Source: Enoplolaimus lenunculus (taxonomy: Eukaryota). From it: a stretch of DNA of 64,000 nt. The DNA lies in assembly GCA_030248215.1 (NCBI GenBank), contig JASANG010002792.1, positions 186,001 through 250,000 of the forward strand. Direction: 5' to 3'. The position numbers and the translations under genes are program-made. Of this stretch, positions 38,001 to 48,500 are shown piece by piece. The notes beneath the pieces are model-generated. The model had not been told where the DNA came from. It was given only the letters and a program-made list of their open reading frames with translations, and searched no databases. The first letter of the stretch is position 1. Every line of letters begins with the position of its first letter.

Positions 38001-38169
38001 ATTTTGTGTTAAGGTTTATAGCACTAAAGCGGTGTTCGGCTCCTTACTCATTTCGCTCACGCAAGTTTTTTCGTCACATTTCGCGCGGCCTCCCTCCATC
38101 TTTTACAAATTCATGAATCCAGCACTGATAATTGCGTCGCTTACCTTTTGATGATATACCAGACAGCAT
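23002..38169 (-). CDS. Fukutin/LicD-family phosphotransferase (nematode W02B3.4-like), type II membrane protein, 9 coding exons, 465 aa
   Basis: Exons on the minus strand, 5'->3': 38169-38145, 37634-37495, 36708-36466, 35117-34927, 32637-32487, 28854-28749, 28149-28013, 27777-27653, 23281-23002. Total 1398 nt with consistent phases. Motifs: N-terminal TM segment GVLCTLAFIIVTVYWFG; IPLFVLDPMLL (compare fukutin PVFLIDP); LicD core [26 protein letters not shown] with the DxD motif; LGQEHDSLEYT..RIDIFLLY..WTGG; C-terminal ICATLLLGELFHLPCN..IAEYGE..W..TPKNV. AATAAA follows directly after the stop (23000-22995). Confidence 0.92.
23318..24884 (+). mobile_element. piggyBac-type non-autonomous element, long form with about 1.3 kb extra interior
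   Basis: TTAA-ccccttctcaca ... tgtgagaaaggg-TTAA. Both ends match the 270-bp copies. No transposase is recognisable. Confidence 0.8.
24910..25180 (+). mobile_element. piggyBac-type MITE, short form
   Basis: aTAA-ccccttctcaca ... tgtgagaaaggg-TTAA. Confidence 0.8.
26262..27062. repeat. Degenerate satellite of about 35 bp (tatcccaatttcccaaaatcccaatttcccgggtaa) interspersed with aaggttgcgccgaaa; shorter patch at about 25278-25435
   Basis: Repeated CCCAATTT/CCCAAAAT submotifs, which explain the LGFWEI-type ORFs. Confidence 0.85.
27173..27442 (-). mobile_element. piggyBac-type MITE, short form, inverted
   Basis: TTAA-ccctttctcaca ... tgtgagaaggag-TTAA; reverse-complement homologue of 24910-25180. 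Confidence 0.8.
28289..28498 (+). mobile_element. piggyBac-type MITE, diverged subfamily
   Basis: TTAA-cccttt ... tgtgataaaggg-TTAA; shares gccccctcgggctcgagcgtcaagctc with the other copies. Confidence 0.75.
28382..28450 (+). pseudogene. tRNA-derived (Gly-CCC/Asp-like) cassette inside the piggyBac MITE
   Basis: A-box tagctcagtggt, an anticodon-arm-like cgcCTCCCAC, gagac, and a B-box-like ggatcgaatc. The stems are decayed, so it is not a functional tRNA. Confidence 0.55.
28893..29314. mobile_element. Same Tc2/pogo-type MITE, left end decayed (another fragment at about 39615-39710)
   Basis: Shares attttgagtcccaatcaatag..gtatccctaa..taaaccctaattag with 33910-34335 and ends gggttactacag-TA. Confidence 0.65.
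29661..30700. repeat. 18-bp minisatellite GGTTTCACCCCAAC(GGTT/AGTC), about 57 units, in an intron of the fukutin-like gene
   Basis: Directly visible array that explains the SPQRLV/VKPTVG/FHPNGW ORFs. A degenerate relative lies at about 54890-55080. Confidence 0.97.
30772..31439. mobile_element. Putative Harbinger-type MITE
   Basis: TIRs tgtcagtcacacgttac / gtaacgtgtgagtgacg flanked by TTA. Confidence 0.55.
31529..32374. repeat. Inverted duplication: arms of about 177 bp (31529-31705 and 32197-32374) with a spacer of about 490 bp
   Basis: The outer 160 bp or so are reverse-complement identical; the inner 20 bp or so have 3 mismatches. Confidence 0.92.
33910..34335. mobile_element. Tc1/mariner-superfamily (Tc2/pogo-type termini) MITE
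   Basis: TA-ctgtattgacccgaataa ... ttattcgggtcactacag-TA. Confidence 0.75.
34400..34910. repeat. Diverged tandem duplication with a period of about 292 bp
   Basis: gatccca at 34492/34783 and cactgcagctaaa at 34562/34855. Confidence 0.7.
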
Positions 38170-41100
38170 CAATATAGTTTTGCTAGAGTTTAACTGAAAT
38201 AGAAAATTTGAATCATTATGCTATAAATTGGGCTATGGAACAGCATTTTGGTTTTCATTGCCATGGCTGAGGTAAAATTTCTGTCTTCAACTTGAAAAAT
38301 AAAATATTCATAAAAGCGAAAAAACTGTTACAGCAAATATATACAATATCTGGAATGCGAAAATGTTGAAACGAAATACCCGTTCAATTAGCTCAAGTGA
38401 AGGTAACTAAAATTGGTATAGTTACTTTTCACCATGTTTCTAACTTCGGTGCTGGAGGAAAGTATATAGATCATAGCAGAGAAAATGATCTCGATTGTAT
38501 TCTACAGAATTGGTTCAGATTAAAACTTGCATTGTCAGTCTTTATAGAGCAAGTCTTAGATTTTTTAGTTGTACTACAAGTAGGTGTCGGGGTTGGATAC
38601 GGGTGTGGGTTATTGGGTGTTATGAACCCCCATCTTATGAACCGCAACCGGTCAAATGAAAAAATTGAATAATGTGTTGACTTCATATGGTCTCATATCT
38701 AATATGTATTCCCTGCAATTTTATTGAATATATATGTTTCGCGGGCTTCAACCAGTGAACCCCTACTCAAAATTTTTCCGTGTCAAAAGTGTATAACCAG
38801 TTTAAGCTATTTCCTACACATTCTTTAATTTTAATGTTGACATTTGCTGACCGCCGGATTTATTGCGTAGGTGACGACCCACCACAAAAACAAATATGAT
38901 ATGCACTACGCACTACCCAAATCCTTCAACGATGATGGCTGGCTGGCTTTACAGGTGGGCGAAGTTCTGCAGTTTACGTAATAGACATATCAATGCCTTT
39001 GGATATAACAAAGTTTACTTTCTTGCTACGATTACAGTAGTAAAATTAGATACATGTTTCTCAAAAGTCCTCTGCCTATTCGAAATCCCTTGTTTCATAC
39101 CCCACTGTTAACTTTAGTTTATATACTGGATCTGTGTATTAGCCGTACGGATGCGAGCAAAAACCGCTGGACGGCAACGCCAACATATAAAGTTAGCGCA
39201 AACCAAACGTGAAGGCCTGAAGGCATTAAAATTTTCTAAACTTTACGTTTTGAGGAAAAGCGAATCGGTAGCCAAAAGAGCCTAAAAAGCAATCAGAAAA
39301 ATTCTTTCTTTGTCATCAAAGTGCAAACCGCTGTTTTTCATTTACAGGATTGAAGTGGTGTATTCTATTGGCGGATCGAGGATGGGTTGAAGAAGGGTAA
39401 CTTTATCCGCTGGTGTAACCACAGGTTAAAAGAAGCTTAGTTCGAGTGTTACAAAATGTAAACTCAGCATATTTAGGCACAGTTCACAATATGAAGGTTT
39501 GGTCGGATGGGCAGTAAACCAGAGTTGCTTATACGCCTAAACACAACCGAGAATTCTTGCAGAAACTTGTTCTCGATCGGTGTTCAGGGCCCGTATTCTT
39601 AAATCTGTGTAGTGTAGTGTAGTGCCCCAAATAAAGGGGGGTAATAAGAAGAGGTACCCATTTAGAGTCCCAATCAATAGGAACCCGTATTCCTAAGAGC
39701 CCATACGCTGATCATAGACTGCAACAGTTAAGAGTTTGAAAACCAATTACTAGTTGTTGATAGTTGCTATACACATTGCAGCATGTGGGCCGGATACCAG
39801 GTTCAGTAGTTTTCAACTAGTTTTCTTGCGCGTTAGCCATTCTGAACGAAAACTTTTAAATTCCATCGTTTACCATACCTGTCTAACCACACCTTAGCAT
39901 GCAAAGTTGGGGCCTTAATACAAACTTCAGAGTGGAGGCCGTTATTAACTCACTGTCGTATCCCACATTGCTTGGATAGGGAATGCGAGTTGTATCACGA
40001 CAAGCAAGCTTCTCGGTGTTCATCTTCTAGCACACGTTCGAAAATAACGATATTTATAACAAATGATGCAAAACGGTTGTATTTGAAAGTTGAATCATGT
40101 ATCCAACTTAAAAATTAGCTTTGCTTCGTGCGAAGCGAGAATTTTTTTACAGTTTCCAGTTAAAACGCCTAAACGAAGCATATTTTAGGTATATCCTTTC
40201 ATGCATGAAATTTTGCAGTAGGACAGTAAAAAATTTTTCTGCTTACGGATAATGTGATTCTCGCTTGTATAACTTGTATGTATTTGCTGCAGTTGAAAAA
40301 ATTTGCAAAGTATGCGAAAACGATCGCGTTCCCGTCTGGGTACATCATGTATGAAAGCGATAAGGCTGCAACGAAGTTCAAATGTATACACCAGTGACAA
40401 ATCTCTATGCTGAAAATGCAAGTATGCGTTAATATTTAGCTTTTTGTGCAAAATTCTGCACACGCCAGTATAAAGATTAAGAAAATCGGTCTCTATTATC
40501 ATTTATCATTATGTAAATATTAGATGTTTGTGTCAGCCGCTGTACAACAACAAACGCTCGCCTAGCAGTGTTCTATACGTATGGGAGGCCATTGTATGAA
40601 GCTTCGAGGGTAAAAACGCACCAATAAAATTTGCAGTTTGTTAAATTTGAAATATCGTTTCGACGGCTTGACTAATGAGTGTTGACGATCTATAGCCTTC
40701 CACATCGCACAGATCACATATTTGAAAAGCTTTGAGGCTTTGGATGTGTTTTCAAGGGTTACGGATCTGAGTGGTAACAATTGATTTTTTATCCTGTCTA
40801 CAGCATGAGTCCTTGATGTATCGGATTAAACCGAGGCGAATCCGAACGATATTAATAATCGGCCTATTTTTTTGTAAATCTGTTGCAAACTGTAAATTTT
40901 TGCAGGTTATAAATAATGATGCATTGGAATTGGCACCTGGCACAAATTCCGCGCCTGTTTCGAACGTCATACGTATTCAACCCATTACCTGAAATCTAAC
41001 AGTTTTTAGTAACGGTGCACACATGGGCGTCCCCAAGGGCCACCCTTCGGTTCTGGTCACTATAGTAGTACTTCTAAATGCTTAAAGCAACTTGATTCAA

Positions 41101-41603
41101 ATAAGCTTAAAAGCTAATCCAGCGGCATTAAACTAACTTTCTTGATTGGATAAACTAGCAGGCAAATCTGACATATTTTTAGTTTAAGCTAAACCTGAAC
41201 AACATATTTTCTTGTTTGAAATTGTTACTTAAACCAACGGTAAGTTATTAAGCCGGAGGTGAGGCGAAATTCAAGCAAGCGCTTAAAAATAATGTTTAAA
41301 TTCGTTAATTTTACAAAATTTCTGCAAGGTGTTGATAAATCTTTTGGTTTGACGCTTATTTTTTTGTACAAAATCTTAACAAGTATTGCATCAAAATTGA
41401 ACTAAAGGTTGAAACGAAACGCACCAAGAAAATGATTTTTGCTAAAATATGTAAAATTTTTCTATCGATATTACCGGAACCTCCTGAAAGGAGTCTCTTA
41501 AAAACACGGTACAATTGTTTGCGGAACTGTGGTCAGTGTTTTTGGTCAAACCTGCAGTCTGTGCTTGCTCAGAAGAATGATGTGCTTTTAAGATTTTTGC
41601 ATT

Positions 41604-42059
41604 CTGTAGTGACCCGAATAAGAGAGGGCGGGGACTGATACTTATTTGGCCTCACCAGAGGGTACCCCCTGTTATTCGGTTACGGATTATTATTTGCTTT
41701 CAACCAGGCCTCCGCCACCATCCCTTATACTGATATCTCCGGTATTGGAACTATCCGTTGAATTAAACGTTTTTTGCCTTGTGTCAAACGCTTGAACGAT
41801 AATTCAAGGTAATACTTTGGAATGTTGCTTTCAAAAATTATGTGCACTTTAAAACTTCGAACTCAAGAGTATTTGGTCCACTATAGTCATTAATGCGCTT
41901 CAATTAGAGATAATTGACATTTATGGACTCTAATTAGGGTTTAGGGACTCCATCCGTTTACGTACTCTTATTAGGGTTTAAGGACTCTTATTAGGGATAC
42001 GGACTCCTATTGATTAGGACTCAAAATGGGGACCCCCTTTTATTCGGGTCACTACAGTA
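41604..42059. mobile_element. Same Tc2/pogo-type MITE, opposite orientation
   Basis: ctgtagtgacccgaataa ... ttattcgggtcactacag-TA; the interior is the reverse-complement homologue of 33910-34335. Confidence 0.75.
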
Positions 42060-42336
42060 TATATACTTCAGCGTATGAATTATATACTGTGTGTGAACTT
42101 TTAATCCTCAAATTTAATTTTTATAAAAACTTCAATTTTTGGACATTAAAAACATTGTTCACTAAAGATTACAAATTTGTTGGCCGATATTTTATATAAA
42201 CTGTGATACTCTTAAGGTTAGCCTGCGGTTAGCAGGCTATAAACAAATTCTTTGATTTTAGCTTTAGCTTATATACTTGCGTTGCGCTGTGAACTTTTTA
42301 TTAAAAATTATCGAGCGCCATCGTGCGCCAGCGCTT

Positions 42337-42488
42337 GGCGGCGTTCAGCGGCGTACGGCGGTGCGGCGGCGTTCAGCGGCGTACGGCGGTGCGGCGGCGT
42401 TCAGCGGCGTACGGCGGTGCGGCGGCGTTCAGCGGCGTACGGCGGTGCGGCGGCGTTCAGCGGCGTACGGCGGTGCGGCGGCGTTCGG
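42337..42488. repeat. 28-bp GC-rich minisatellite GGCGGCGTTCAGCGGCGTACGGCGGTGC, 5 perfect units plus a partial unit
   Basis: gttcag recurs at 28-nt intervals from 42343. Confidence 0.97.
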
Positions 42489-43760
42489 CTCAGTAAAGTA
42501 TACCGCATCACTTAATATGAGGGACTTATGCTGTTTAATCTGATTAACATTACTGAAGAAAAGTGTTTAAACAAGTAAGTACCGAAGATTCATTTTCATG
42601 AAAACTGAAAATATTGAAATAAATGATCGAAAATAGCCATTTCACATTCCGATTCGTTGTTGTCGTTTCGATTTGAAAAATACTAAAAATAAAATAATTA
42701 TACAATAAATACGGTTAAATGAAACACCACATGCTTACGCAGTAAATTGTTGAAATTTGCCAAAAGCAACATATTCGTTTCGGATTAATTGCTTTTGTAT
42801 ATTTGGAGTTAATTTATAGCTTGTGATTATGGTCACCGCTTAAGTAGTAGATTCGCGTGTATGCAAGTGGAAATTTTGCGCAAAACATACTGGTTGCGTA
42901 CTGCATGCAACTGGAGGCAAACACACAGGAGCAGGAGGTCAGCAGATTATGCCGCAGCTGATAGTGACCCCAAATTAAGTAAAATTAAGTGATGCAACAT
43001 TTGCCCAGTTTTTCAGCATTTTGTGCAGTGTTGTTATTTAATTTGTAGTTGTATGCCTTATTTTTAAGAAATCTTAGCAAAAACATTGAAAATTATCCTT
43101 TTAAGCGATAATCTAACTCACTGAAGCATACAAACTTTTATGATAATGCAAAAAGATTATCACTACCGATTCTGTTTAAACTACTGAAAAAACTCCACCA
43201 GCGCTAGAGCCAGAGGCAGATTAGGACTTTTCTCCTGGGTGACGGTCAGACAGGATTAATCAATATTTTTACACCGTGATGACATAAGCGCGATCGGCAG
43301 AACTATTTTCATCTTGAACAAACAATTTTTGGATTTAAAAACAGCCATAGAAACGAGTGATTGTAGAGTTGCAGTTATTTAACTGCATATTTTCTCCAGT
43401 AATCCGGAGTAATGTTTTGAATTACGTCGACGACAATTCGAGACTGCTCTTGTTAAACTCACAAAAAGTGTTAGCACAGTTCAGTAAACCCGAAACAGCT
43501 TTCACTCATTAGTAGCAAGAGTGAGAACTCGCTTTTTAACAAAAACTACGCCACTTGGAATATTTTGTGTAGTGAAAAATTTTCCCGGCGCGTGTTGCAT
43601 GTTACACTTACCCAACCCGTTTCTGAAGGCATAATTTTAATTTTTGTTTAAATCGAGAAATATACGTCACAATACACGGGCGACAAACACGGTCTTTTAT
43701 AGTCTATACCGTGAAGAGTCAATGGAAAAAACAGGGGCCAAAGAGTATTACAAACATACT

Positions 43761-43850
43761 CCTAAGCCTAAGCCTAAAACTAAGCCTAAGCCTAAGCGTA
43801 AGAATGAGCATAAGCTTAGCCTAAGCCTATAGTCTAAAAGCTTAAGCTTA
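43761..43850. repeat. Interstitial nematode telomere-type (GCCTAA)n tract, degenerate
   Basis: cctaagcctaagcctaaaactaagcctaagcctaagcgtaag... Confidence 0.8.
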
Positions 43851-43922
43851 CCTATGTACTCTTTTCTAGTCCCACAAAAAAACCTTCCTTTGTCTGATCT
43901 TTACATGGACCACGTGAAGCAA

Positions 43923-44132
43923 CACTGCAAAAAAATGGTGAGTCAAATTGACTCCCTCCAAAATAGGCTCTACGGGACTACACAAACTGAGTCAAATTCG
44001 ACTCCGCCAGAGTCAAACGTGCGACTAAGTGAGTCGAATTTGACTCTGGTGCAGTCTTATTTGACTCAATTTGTGTAGTCCCGTAGAGCCTATTTCGGAG
44101 GGAGTCAATTTGACTCACCATTTTTTGCAGTG
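43923..44132. mobile_element. CACTA/EnSpm-type palindromic MITE
   Basis: AA-cactgcaaaaaa ... ttttttgcagtg-AA (CAC termini, 2-bp TSD). Nearly the whole 210 bp is one inverted repeat. Confidence 0.75.
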
Positions 44133-45560
44133 AAGGTCAGAAAGGAACGTGCGCTGTTACATTTGGTGTCACGCTTCGGCAGTTTCGTTGGTCTACGACA
44201 CTGAATTATTGGAATTGCCTCAGATTAACACAGAGTTATCGAATCAGCTTTTTTGTTTAGAATCCGCAGAAGCCAAGAGTATGCATCATCCAGAACGGGT
44301 ATTGTCTTTCAAGTGCCCAAATCGTGCTCCTTAAATTAATCAAATACCGACGAAAAGTTTATGGAACTACAGCATAGCTGACAGATTTTTGCGGCTTCTA
44401 TTAAGTATAAGAATCTGGAACCGAAACAACAAACTCCATTACATCACTTGCACGTGTGAAATGGGGTTTCAAATTTTCGGCTACCGAGCTAGGTGGCGCA
44501 GATCTGCACCTCGGACAAGGTATATGTTTGGACTATTCAAGTCGTGCTCATCACGACTTTGTTTTGGAGACTGAAATTTTGGAGAAAAATAGAGTTTAAT
44601 ATCGGCAGTATATACTCGATATTGCTTGTTTACTATAACTGTCGAATGCCGAAGCTGAACCTCGGGAGTATCCCAAATCGGTTACCGATGACCAATTCTT
44701 GCATTGAAATATCCAATTCTTAATTCAGCTGAAAAACCTGTATATATACTATTAGATTGCGAACACCATCTATGAACGTATAGGGTGATAAACATTAGCG
44801 CTGCCGGTTCCTAAATAGGCAGTTCGTTTGTAGTAAAAATATTTCTTTACTTCCTCATTTATCCAGGTTTCTGGGTTCGCATCAATGAAAAGGTCCTCCA
44901 TATATTAGAAAAATTATTGGATTCTGTGGGGGCGGCGCAAAAATCCTGCGCACTAAGGAATTCATTATTGAAATATTTATCCTCTTAGTGTTATCGTCAC
45001 TTGAAACTGAGGTTAGGGGGTGCTGCAACCCTCCCCCCGAGAAACGTAAAAAGTGCCCCTACTACACCACATTCTCAGGATATTTATATAATTATATATT
45101 ATATATCCGGCCGTGCATATGTAAACGCGAGTGCATATGTTTGTACTCCCCGTATATTTTGCTCCGAGACAGCGGGACGGCTTTTATCGTACTTGAGCTG
45201 TTGGTAGTTTAACATAAGTTGAAATAGCATAATCATTATATTGTGATGACAAAATATGGCATCTAGTAACCACATAGCTAGGTTATTTGTTGGATTTTAT
45301 AATAATCAGGGATAAGTATGTCACTTTGGAACGTTGAGAAAAATAACAGAAGTAGTTACTTTAACAAGCGCTAAAGTTTGACTATGTTTACAAGTAGAAG
45401 GTGATCTATTGGCACATGAGTAGGATTTTGTAAGTAATCGTTACATGCATACATACTATTTTTGTTGTATAGTAATTTGAAAAGGTTAGCCCGACTTTGT
45501 GTCCGAATGAATCAATTTGGAGATTGTTTAAAATTTGTTTTAGACAATAGTTTTTTAAAT

Positions 45561-48500
45561 ATGCTTGCACAAAGTGAAAATTACAAAGTGATTTTAAAAA
45601 CAACTCCTGACACAGTGTATTTATATTGTGACGTAAGTAAATTTTAGTGATAGATCACATTTGCGTGCATGAAACTGTTGAGTAGATAATTTTATCTGTT
45701 GTGACTCATGGTGCAACCAAATACAAAAAGTACCACAGCGGGCTCTTTGTTAGTGAAAAGTATCCGGCAAAGTGGAATTGATTAGGGTGCAAAGCGGAAC
45801 TACATTATACCGGAATCGGAACAGCAAAATTATACCAGAATTATAATAGGAATCGGAACTAGAAATATTGTGACTTATGGATAATTTGTGTTACAAATAT
45901 AAATTTATTTAGGGTGTTTGTTGACTGGCAACAATTTTCAAAAACGGCGTATGAACAAATTGGCGATGATTTCTGGTTCTGTAAAGCTAAACAACAATCA
46001 ACTGTTTATAAGTTAACTCATTGGAAACAATTTAGTTTATAAAAGATACACGATTTTTAAGCAAAGTAGGACTAAGCATAAAATTTCAACATTCCCTTTC
46101 CGATTGATTGTGCAATCGTAATCGAATCGGAATCGGAACTCGTTGTTAATCGGAATTCTAATCGGAATCGGAATTGCGGCTGCACCCTGGGAATTGATAG
46201 CATTCCAAATGACTGTTTGTGCAAAAAGTATCGGCAATTTTTTGCAGTGCCGATGCCGATTAATCGGCACATCCCTAATTAAGGTTTAAGTTCCGGTTTG
46301 ACAGGTTCCGTCGGTTTCATGACTACAAACCACCGAAACGTTTAGATGTCGGTTTTGCAACATCGCTCTGAAAAATAGGTCTTTTACCTAATAATAGCGT
46401 AGAGATGGGCGGTCGTGTTCTCGGTACGTTTCGGAATTTGGCTTGTATCAATTGTCTGGATCTTGATAGTTTTCGAACCGGCAAGCGCACAACGTTCACA
46501 ATATTAGTTTATCTATTGTATCTGTTTATTTATGTATAAGTGTAAATGCTAGGTTTTTCGTATGATTTTTATCCTAAGCACCAATTCTTAGCTTGCGCCA
46601 TACCAGCAAACATCTTCAAAAAATCAAAGTCCGTCTCGGTAGGTTGGGCCTTGGTTTTTAAATGAAGCCGTCCATCTCAGCTAGTAGTATGGGGCGAGAG
46701 TTTTCGCAAGAATTGCGGCTTCGGTTCAGCAGATTCCTGTTTTGGTTTGCGGGTAGGCTCCGGTCGAATCCTATGTGCAAGTTCTGTCCATAATTAGTGT
46801 GAGCCATTTGTAGTATTATCTGCCGGTTAGGTATGAAAATTAGCTTACCGCATTTCACAAATCTCAGCTGTGAAATTTAAGTCAGTAAATCTTGATTAAA
46901 GTGGTGAATGTTATTTCAGGCCTGTTGGATAGTTCTTGTGATTCAGACTACTGTCAATGACCCGGAAAAATTGTGGAGTCACCATATCAGTCAAATCTCT
47001 CACCAAGAGGTATACGTATATGTTTAGTGCCAATTTTGTTTATTAATTATTATATGAAAATTACGCATCAACACATTCATTGGGCGAAGCTAAACTGCGA
47101 ACAAAGCTCGGAATTTCGCGAAGCGTTATATATTTTGTGCTTGGAGGTCGATAAATGGATGTCCGTCCGTCCGTCTGTCCGAAAAGAATCTCAGGAACCG
47201 CTCTACCGATTTTGATAATGACTTTGGGGTGTTAGCCTCGCGCTGGGGTTTCAAAACTTTAAGCCGTTTATTAGCTACAGGCTAATTTGCAGAATTGGTT
47301 AAGCCTAAATTAGGAATTTTTCTGTATTTTATTAATTATTAGAGTTACAAGCAATCTAATTTCATCACCAAAAGGTTTCTGGGTGCGAGAAATCAGAATA
47401 AAATGTTTATAAACCTCCAAAACCGATAATTGAATAGTTAGCTAATAGCTAATTTGCGTATTAGCTTAATGAGTTAAACCTAAATTAGGACTTTTTAAAT
47501 TATTTCACAGTTTATTAGGGTTACAACTAATCAAATTCAGTACTAAAGGGTTTCGGGCGCGGGAAATCTGAACAAATTGTTTACAAACCTCCAAACCGAT
47601 AATTGAATACCTACGTAGTTAGCTACAAGCTAATTTGCTATTAGCTTAACTAAAAAGCCTGACTTAGGACTTTTTAAATTATTTCACTGATTATTAGGGT
47701 TACAAGCAATAAAATTTTGTACTTAAGGGTTTGGGTGCGAGAAATCTAAATAAATACGTAGTTTACAACCCTTCAAAACAGATTAATGAATAGTAACCTA
47801 ATAACTAAGTTACATATTAAATTAATTGGAAAGTAAGTGGATCAAACTTTCCGTTTGGTGCTTTATATAAGTTAAGAATGTTTAACTGGACTGATTAAAA
47901 TGTAGGTAAGTATGGCCGAGCTTCGCTCAATACATGTAATTCTACTACGACTGGTTTATACAAAGTATTCATTTCAATAGTTTTTCAAATAGAAACGCAA
48001 GAGATATAGCAGTTTTCTGATTAGATATATTTACGCTGACGTGTGAAATAAATAAATAAATAGCATTCCAACTCAATGCTAAGTGCAAAAAGTATGGATG
48101 AAAAAGCGGTAGTTTTTGCAATGCATATGCTGATTGTGATACTAAGAAAAGTACGTATATTACCGATGCAGATTAGTCGGCACACCCGCAGTTGAAAATT
48201 GCAATTGCTGTTTTGAATTTAAATCCAATCAGGTTCAAATTGGGATATATGTTAGTAAAAAATAATGCCTTGAAAAAGTAAAATTTCCAAATGATACGCA
48301 AATAAATTTTGGTTCTGCCGAAAGCGCAGCTGAAGAAAAACAGCTATGCTTCACACGTTACCAGTTTTAAGTAACACATGATGTTGAGAATTAAAGTCTG
48401 ATTTTTCGATACTGCGTACTAATAGAATAATAAACTTTTTTTTGTTTCAGAAAGTTTTATTTCGTGAACAGGAAGTTATTGGTACGTAAGTTTTCAAACT

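Noticed and set aside
40185..40992. Group of ORFs next to a tttcag acceptor (minus strand, about 40990)
   Set aside because: All frames hit stops soon after the acceptor and no family motif was recognisable; an unrecognised gene or UTR exon cannot be excluded.
42252..42543. Ala/Gly/Arg-rich ORFs
   Set aside because: Translations of the 28-bp minisatellite.
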